Assembly (NCBI GenBank): GCA_012270795.1
Contig: JAAXHO010000237.1
Location: 1,118-65,117 of the forward strand
DNA: 64,000 bases
Direction of reading: 5' to 3'
From: Candidatus Poribacteria bacterium
GTDB taxonomy: Bacteria; Poribacteria; WGA-4E; WGA-3G
Of the stretch, positions 58,960-64,000 are shown piece after piece. Position 1 is the first letter of the stretch. Each line of letters begins with the position of its first letter. The position numbers were made by a program, and so were the translations under genes. The notes below the pieces were generated by a model. It saw nothing but the letters and a program-made list of their open reading frames with translations, was not told the DNA's origin and ran no database searches.

Positions 58960-59841
58960 TATGCAAAAACGTGCAAATAATCCTGAACCTCCACATGATT
59001 CCCGATATCCTACATGGAAAGCTGCTGTGTTTCGCGGGGTTGGACTCCCATCAGATGCGACGTGGGAGGAATATGAGGTAAACTTTATAAAAAAAGTGTT
59101 GTTGGTGCACATGCATTACTGCAAGTAACGCAATCAGATCCTGATATCGCTGGCGGGACTGTTAATGCTGATGGTGTTTTCACACCGTTTAAAGCAGATA
59201 CCTTATATGTCCATATCTCTGAGGAGTCGCAATACTCAAAAATTTCCGGTGTAAATCTCACGCGTGAAGAGAAAGATGATTTGTTGATGTACCGTATCGC
59301 TCCAAAGAGCATTCACGTTGTCTATACCGATAAGAACGGAAATCCATTACCAGCAGAAGCACCGATACCCCGGTTTTACGAAAGACGTATGAAAAAACTA
59401 GAAGAGGCAGAAAGACTGGTTGAAAAGATGATGGCTGACCATGATGCACTCTTTAAATCATTACCTGAACCAGTACAGCAAGTCGTCCCAGACCAGAGCA
59501 CACAGTCTCCACAGCAGGATGAATATGTACATCCACATCCACATCCACACGACCTATTGAACACGCCAGAAAACGTGCAACGCTCTAAAGATTCCGAGCC
59601 CAAAAGGCAATTTCCTCCTGAAATTCTGCCTACTGAATCCCCTGGTCCTCATAACATCCAGCAGTGGTTTGAAATCCTTCAAGATCTGCACGGTGGAGAT
59701 CTACCGAAAGACCTTAAGACATTGCAAGGGATAATCAAAGAATTGGAAGCAATCCGCAAACTGGGAGAAGAAATGATACCAAAACCGCCACCTCGTCCGC
59801 GAGATCGTCCTACACCGCCTGAAACACCATCAGAACAATGA
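58960..59841 (+). CDS. Hypothetical proline/His-rich protein, apparently frameshifted at an A7 run
   Basis: An ATG at 58960 opens a 56-codon frame ending at 59127. A +1 shift at the ataaaaaaag run (59088-59094) would read through into the 59281..59841 ORF (...HPHPHPHD...). The region between reads as coding. Confidence 0.4.
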
Positions 59842-60542
59842 GGTATATTCTGATATTTACTCTTATTGTTTTCATTGCATGTGTTATTGTAGGGTTATTA
59901 ATATTTTGGAAACCTGCAAATACTTCCAATATATCTAAATCTGAACGAATTGTGTTTACGGACAAACCCACTGCTAATTTGGACACAAAACGGTTAAACT
60001 ATCCGAAAAATATTGACACACAATACACGGATATTGATGCGTTTTACCAAACGATTATTGACAATAACATCTTTAGACCGCTCAACTGGGAACCGCCACT
60101 ACGTGAATTTGCTTATATTTTACTCGGTACTTTCATAGCAGCAGATGGTAGTAGTGCCACTGCATATATTCAAGAACGCAAATCAAACCGTTTTTATGCC
60201 GTTTCTGTCGGGCAGCAAGTTGGTGAGATGACCGTCAAAACTATTGCTCCTAAGCGGGTTACGTTCACGCAAAACGGTGAGTCGTTAACGCTTGCTATGA
60301 ACAATAGTCAGTTTCTTAATTCTCGAGGTAGTCGGAGCATGTCGCCGCTACGAGATAAAATCACACCCCGCATCACAAAAACATCACCAACAATAAACAT
60401 AACCGATTTAGCTCCTTCACTTGAAGTCGAACAGATACACACACAAGAAGAACGACGGAAACACTTTAAAGAAAAAGTTGAAGCGATACGTTCGGAACGC
60501 ATTCGGATGATGGGGCGTCTTCAGTATCTACAACAACGTTAG
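59838..60542 (+). CDS. Hypothetical membrane-anchored protein
   Basis: The 234-aa ORF has an N-terminal transmembrane helix (ILIFTLIVFIACVIVGLLIF). It overlaps the previous gene by 4 nt. Confidence 0.5.
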   Translation: MRYILIFTLIVFIACVIVGLLIFWKPANTSNISKSERIVFTDKPTANLDTKRLNYPKNIDTQYTDIDAFYQTIIDNNIFRPLNWEPPLREFAYILLGTFIAADGSSATAYIQERKSNRFYAVSVGQQVGEMTVKTIAPKRVTFTQNGESLTLAMNNSQFLNSRGSRSMSPLRDKITPRITKTSPTINITDLAPSLEVEQIHTQEERRKHFKEKVEAIRSERIRMMGRLQYLQQR

Positions 60543-60605
60543 CACAAAAAACACGCTCTGTAACATGAGACGCAGAACTTCAAAAACTTTATTCAAATAC
60601 CAATA

Positions 60606-62501
60606 ATGAAAACAGTAATGAGAGTTTGGATGCAAAGTCAGTTTTGCTTTTGGAAAACCGTAAGAAGCACACCACAATTTTTAAATATCGGCACCGTTAT
60701 TCTTCTTTTCAGCATTTTGAGTCTTGGTTTCTGGATTCGTATCAAAGATGTTCCAGACCTCCCTGACCAGCAGTTTACATCAAATGATGCCTACCTCTAC
60801 TACTCACAGGCACGAACCATCACTGAACAAGGATACCTTCCTGATCACGACATGGACCGATGGCTACCAAATGGCAGAGATAATCGACAGCTGCTTCCCC
60901 TCTACTCTTACGCTCTCGCTTATATGCACAAAGCAATAACACTTTTCTTTCATAAAGTAACACTCTATCAGGTCCAGTTGTATGCGCCAACTGTTTGTTT
61001 CACTCTCGGACTTGCCTTGCTCTTGTTCTTCCTTACTGTTAACTACGGGTTACTTTTGGCATCTATTGTAGGGGTTCTTCTCGTTACCTTTCCCAGCAGT
61101 ATTGCCAGAAGTGCCGCTGGTTTTAGCGACAGAGACGCATGGTGTTGGATGTTAGCGATAATTGCAATTATCACATACCTTTGGAAGGAAAAGATGCAAC
61201 CCGGGAGACACAGGTACCTCACCACCGCACTGTGCGGGTTCATTGTATTCCTGGGTGGACTGAGTTGGGAAGCATTCGGAATATTTGTCCTGATTCTCCT
61301 CAGTGCGGAGATATGGAAGTTCTGTACCACCGAAGTAGAAGAAAACCTAAAAGAATACATACTCTGGGTACTAATGTTCGTTCCATGGCTATATCTGATC
61401 AGTCCTGCATACCGCAGCGGGTACGGTTTCTCAACATACGTTGGACCGCTCATGCTTGCGCCATCCGTTGCACTCCTTATTCTCAAAATCATAAGATATC
61501 TACTCCTCCGTTTCGTTAAACAACTGCGCCCTCATGCGCGCAAGATCGCATGGGGACTCACTCTGTTCGGTATTGCAGCAGGAGGTATCTATGTGATTTT
61601 GAAATATAATACCTTCGCAGTAACTGCTTTCCCATTTCAGGAAAGTAGACTCATGAAATCTGTGACCGAATTAAGCGATCCGGATTTCACCTATTGGATT
61701 AGTAGTTATGGTAGCATGTTTATTTTGGGAAGCATAAGTCTTGTGACTGTTCCTTACTATTTTTGGAAATGGAATGCACTTACTTTTATATTTGGACTTT
61801 TCTTCCTAAGTGTGACAATTTTTCTTCATTATCCTCTTTATAGATGGATTGGTCCACTTTGGTGTGATCTTATTTTCATCGCAGCATTTCCGTTAACAGT
61901 AATTGGCATTGGCATAGCAAGCACACGAAAACATGGTATCCATCAAAATGAACTTCCTCTTATCATCACGCTCGTATGGTTTCTTATCTGGGTAAGTTTC
62001 ACCCGTAATGGGCTACGATACGGTTTTTTTATGGGGCCTCCGATCGCACTTGGGACAGCAGTTCTTCTGAAGCATATTGCTACATTTCGCGATGCAAATC
62101 AGACACCTATCCAACTTTTCGGACAAGGTCTTCATCCAAAAATGGTCACACTCGGTTTCATTACTATAATGTTAATACTGCTGCTGTTTTGGCCACCTGC
62201 TGGTGGATACTTAACAGGAACACAGAAAAACTCTGTAAGTCGTAACGCAATTCCTGGTCAAGGGACCCTCAAACAGGCATTTAATTGGATAAAAAGTAAA
62301 CTTCCATATAATTCTACCGTCGTAGCAGCTCACTGGGGGTATGGAAGTCAACTAAACGTCCACGGAAATGTAAAGACGATCACAGATCAAGACCATTTCA
62401 TACCGCATTGGTACATCTCTACCTCCGCCATGTGTTCTGTGCACAATCTGAAGCAGAAGCATTATATTTTCTCAAAACACATAATGCAACACATCTTATG
62501 A
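60606..62501 (+). CDS. GT-C fold membrane glycosyltransferase, STT3/AglB/PglB-like oligosaccharyltransferase candidate (alternatively ArnT/PMT-like); N-terminal 631-aa fragment
   Basis: The ORF has 11-13 transmembrane helices. The first-loop motif NDAYLYYSQAR resembles the DPYYHLR motif of STT3. A WWDYG-like block HWGYGSQLNVHGNVKTITDQD lies near the C-terminus after the last helices. Confidence 0.5.
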   Translation: MKTVMRVWMQSQFCFWKTVRSTPQFLNIGTVILLFSILSLGFWIRIKDVPDLPDQQFTSNDAYLYYSQARTITEQGYLPDHDMDRWLPNGRDNRQLLPLYSYALAYMHKAITLFFHKVTLYQVQLYAPTVCFTLGLALLLFFLTVNYGLLLASIVGVLLVTFPSSIARSAAGFSDRDAWCWMLAIIAIITYLWKEKMQPGRHRYLTTALCGFIVFLGGLSWEAFGIFVLILLSAEIWKFCTTEVEENLKEYILWVLMFVPWLYLISPAYRSGYGFSTYVGPLMLAPSVALLILKIIRYLLLRFVKQLRPHARKIAWGLTLFGIAAGGIYVILKYNTFAVTAFPFQESRLMKSVTELSDPDFTYWISSYGSMFILGSISLVTVPYYFWKWNALTFIFGLFFLSVTIFLHYPLYRWIGPLWCDLIFIAAFPLTVIGIGIASTRKHGIHQNELPLIITLVWFLIWVSFTRNGLRYGFFMGPPIALGTAVLLKHIATFRDANQTPIQLFGQGLHPKMVTLGFITIMLILLLFWPPAGGYLTGTQKNSVSRNAIPGQGTLKQAFNWIKSKLPYNSTVVAAHWGYGSQLNVHGNVKTITDQDHFIPHWYISTSAMCSVHNLKQKHYIFSKHIMQHIL

Positions 62502-63064
62502 TTACTAGTTTAGAATTAGTTCCAAATGCAAGAGAAAATTCTTTTATTGGTAGCGACGAATACCTTGATAGACATTTTGCATTCCATCAATTACTCCCAC
62601 AACCTACTTCCCCAGGAACGCAATACTCACTTGAACCCGAAATTAAGCAAACACCCCCTTTTACACATACGACTACTTTAAACAGCATTGATGTAATCGG
62701 CACAGGACTTGCGGACTTGTCTATCACAGCAAGGTTTGAAAAAGAAGATCCCATCCAACTTCCTTATGTAGCATTGCATGGCAACAAACGTATTTCGTCT
62801 GATGAACCTAAAGATACAAAAAAGGGGGGACTTGTTTTCCTGTTTGATAAGGACAAGATGTTACGGAGTAGTTTTTACGTTCCAGAAGTCGGATGGAACA
62901 GTTTGGCTATTAAACTATTCATCCGTGGAGAACATTCCAGTGCCTTCGAAAATGTCCACACAGTCCCCACGTACGGAAAAGGCACACATCCAGACGTTCA
63001 AATATGGAAAATAAACTATCCTGAACATATCAAATCTCATCCAAAATATCTAGCGACAGAATAG
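62408..63064 (+). CDS. Probable C-terminal soluble domain of the same GT-C glycosyltransferase (split by a frameshift)
   Basis: This 218-aa ORF overlaps the previous one by 94 nt in another frame. Combined, the two give ~820 aa, which fits STT3-family sizes. Confidence 0.45.
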   Translation: MVHLYLRHVFCAQSEAEALYFLKTHNATHLMITSLELVPNARENSFIGSDEYLDRHFAFHQLLPQPTSPGTQYSLEPEIKQTPPFTHTTTLNSIDVIGTGLADLSITARFEKEDPIQLPYVALHGNKRISSDEPKDTKKGGLVFLFDKDKMLRSSFYVPEVGWNSLAIKLFIRGEHSSAFENVHTVPTYGKGTHPDVQIWKINYPEHIKSHPKYLATE

Positions 63065-63070
63065 CAAAAC

Positions 63071-63841
63071 ATGCACCCTATGAAAAATGAAACCATTGAA
63101 GTCTCTATCGTCATGCCGTGTCTCAACGAAGAAGAAACACTTGGCATTTGTATTGAGAAGGCACAATCTACCCTCAAATCTTTAGGGTATTCGGGCGAAG
63201 TTGTCATCGCTGATAACGGTTCAACTGATAGTTCCGTTGAAATTGCCAAACGTCTCGGTGCACGCGTTGTGCATCAACCGACACGCGGCTACGGTGCAGC
63301 TTATCTTGCTGGTTTTGCTGCTGCACAAGGACAATATATCGTGATGGGAGACTCGGATGATACCTACGACTTCACAGATTTAGAGCGGTTCCTCAAACCC
63401 TTACAAAATGGATACGACTTTGTGATAGGTAATCGGTTTAAAGGTGAGATATTGCCGGGTGCCATGCCGTGGGCAAGACGTTATATCGGCAACCCAATAC
63501 TTTCTGGGATGCTGCGCTTGTTATTTGGCACATATATATCAGATTCACACTGCGAGATGCGATCATTTACTGCCGAGGCATACAAACGGATGGATATGAA
63601 AACTACAGGCATGGAATTCGCCTCTGAAATGGTCATCAAAGCAGTCCAGTCCGAGTTGAAAATACTTGAAATTCCGATCACCTATCACCCCCGTGGCGGC
63701 GAGTCAAAACTCAATGCTATTCAGGACGCATGGCGACATATCCGGTTTATGCTAAAATATAAACTTTCCAACCAGACAGCACATGATAAACAATCAGCAA
63801 CTCCCACAGAAACAAATGAAAACGATGAATCGCCTCCTTGA
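63071..63841 (+). CDS. GT2-family polyprenyl-phosphate glycosyltransferase (DPM1/ArnC-like)
   Basis: The N-terminus VSIVMPCLNEEETLG and ADNGSTDSS are typical of GT-A fold GT2 dolichyl- or undecaprenyl-phosphate sugar synthases. The DSD motif appears as GDSDD. The gene starts 7 bp after the GT-C gene. Confidence 0.8.
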   Translation: MHPMKNETIEVSIVMPCLNEEETLGICIEKAQSTLKSLGYSGEVVIADNGSTDSSVEIAKRLGARVVHQPTRGYGAAYLAGFAAAQGQYIVMGDSDDTYDFTDLERFLKPLQNGYDFVIGNRFKGEILPGAMPWARRYIGNPILSGMLRLLFGTYISDSHCEMRSFTAEAYKRMDMKTTGMEFASEMVIKAVQSELKILEIPITYHPRGGESKLNAIQDAWRHIRFMLKYKLSNQTAHDKQSATPTETNENDESPP

Positions 63842-64000
63842 AGTCATAACAACCGTAAATGAGACAATAATTAATAGAAATGGTATTACAACATGCACGA
63901 TTTAGACAATCCACACCTAAAATGGTGTGTCACGTGTCGTTAACGCACACCACCTTGTAGAAAACAGGTGGCTGAATAACACCTCTCTTGCCTCTGGCGT

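Noticed and set aside
60606-63064. Confident PglB/N-oligosaccharyltransferase assignment
   Set aside because: The WWDYG block is degenerate (HWGYG, Asp missing) and the gene is frame-split. I kept it as an STT3-like or ArnT-like GT-C candidate pending HMM and structure checks.

Overview
This is a bacterial chromosomal window (about 42–45% GC by eye) around the replication origin. On the minus strand a partial ispH and rpmH diverge from dnaA. The plus-strand order is then dnaA, an oriC-like spacer with a DnaA-box cluster and an AT-rich stretch, recF, a DUF721 gene, gyrB, two small inserted minus-strand genes, and gyrA. No dnaN lies between dnaA and recF.

Downstream of gyrA are secreted or envelope proteins: a TPR protein, an M1-like gluzincin, a BNR-repeat protein and a lipoprotein. 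These are followed by a quinone oxidoreductase and an Rpn/YhgA-like nuclease whose C-terminal tail is duplicated as a standalone ORF. Next comes a roughly 2100-aa gingipain-like C25 peptidase with a FlgD-Ig-like C-terminal domain, immediately followed by an outer-membrane beta-barrel protein, and then a peptidoglycan-recycling cluster (anmK, DUF1343/NamZ-like, beta-lactamase-like hydrolase) and an SDR epimerase.

The most system-like candidate is a PARIS-like AriA (ABC ATPase) plus AriB (DUF4435) defence pair. Both genes are disrupted by frameshifts. It sits next to an unrecognisable 559-aa protein and a long intergenic region carrying a tandem CACGTG-core operator-like palindrome.

The rest of the window holds a ROK glucokinase, a CHAD protein, mgtE, aroC, an M50B-like membrane protein, a TolB-like propeller, pyrD, an 1850-aa alpha-2-macroglobulin with a CLEQ thioester, gshB and a large polytopic membrane protein. 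At the far end is a cluster of small unknown secreted or membrane proteins feeding into a GT-C (STT3/PglB-like or ArnT-like) membrane glycosyltransferase plus a GT2 polyprenyl-phosphate glycosyltransferase.

Intergenic regions carry at least three families of palindromic MITE/REP-like repeats and several tandem duplications. At least seven or eight genes are split by apparent frameshifts, several next to homopolymers. From the sequence alone I cannot tell whether these are assembly indel errors or real gene decay. I found no rRNA, tRNA or CRISPR array.
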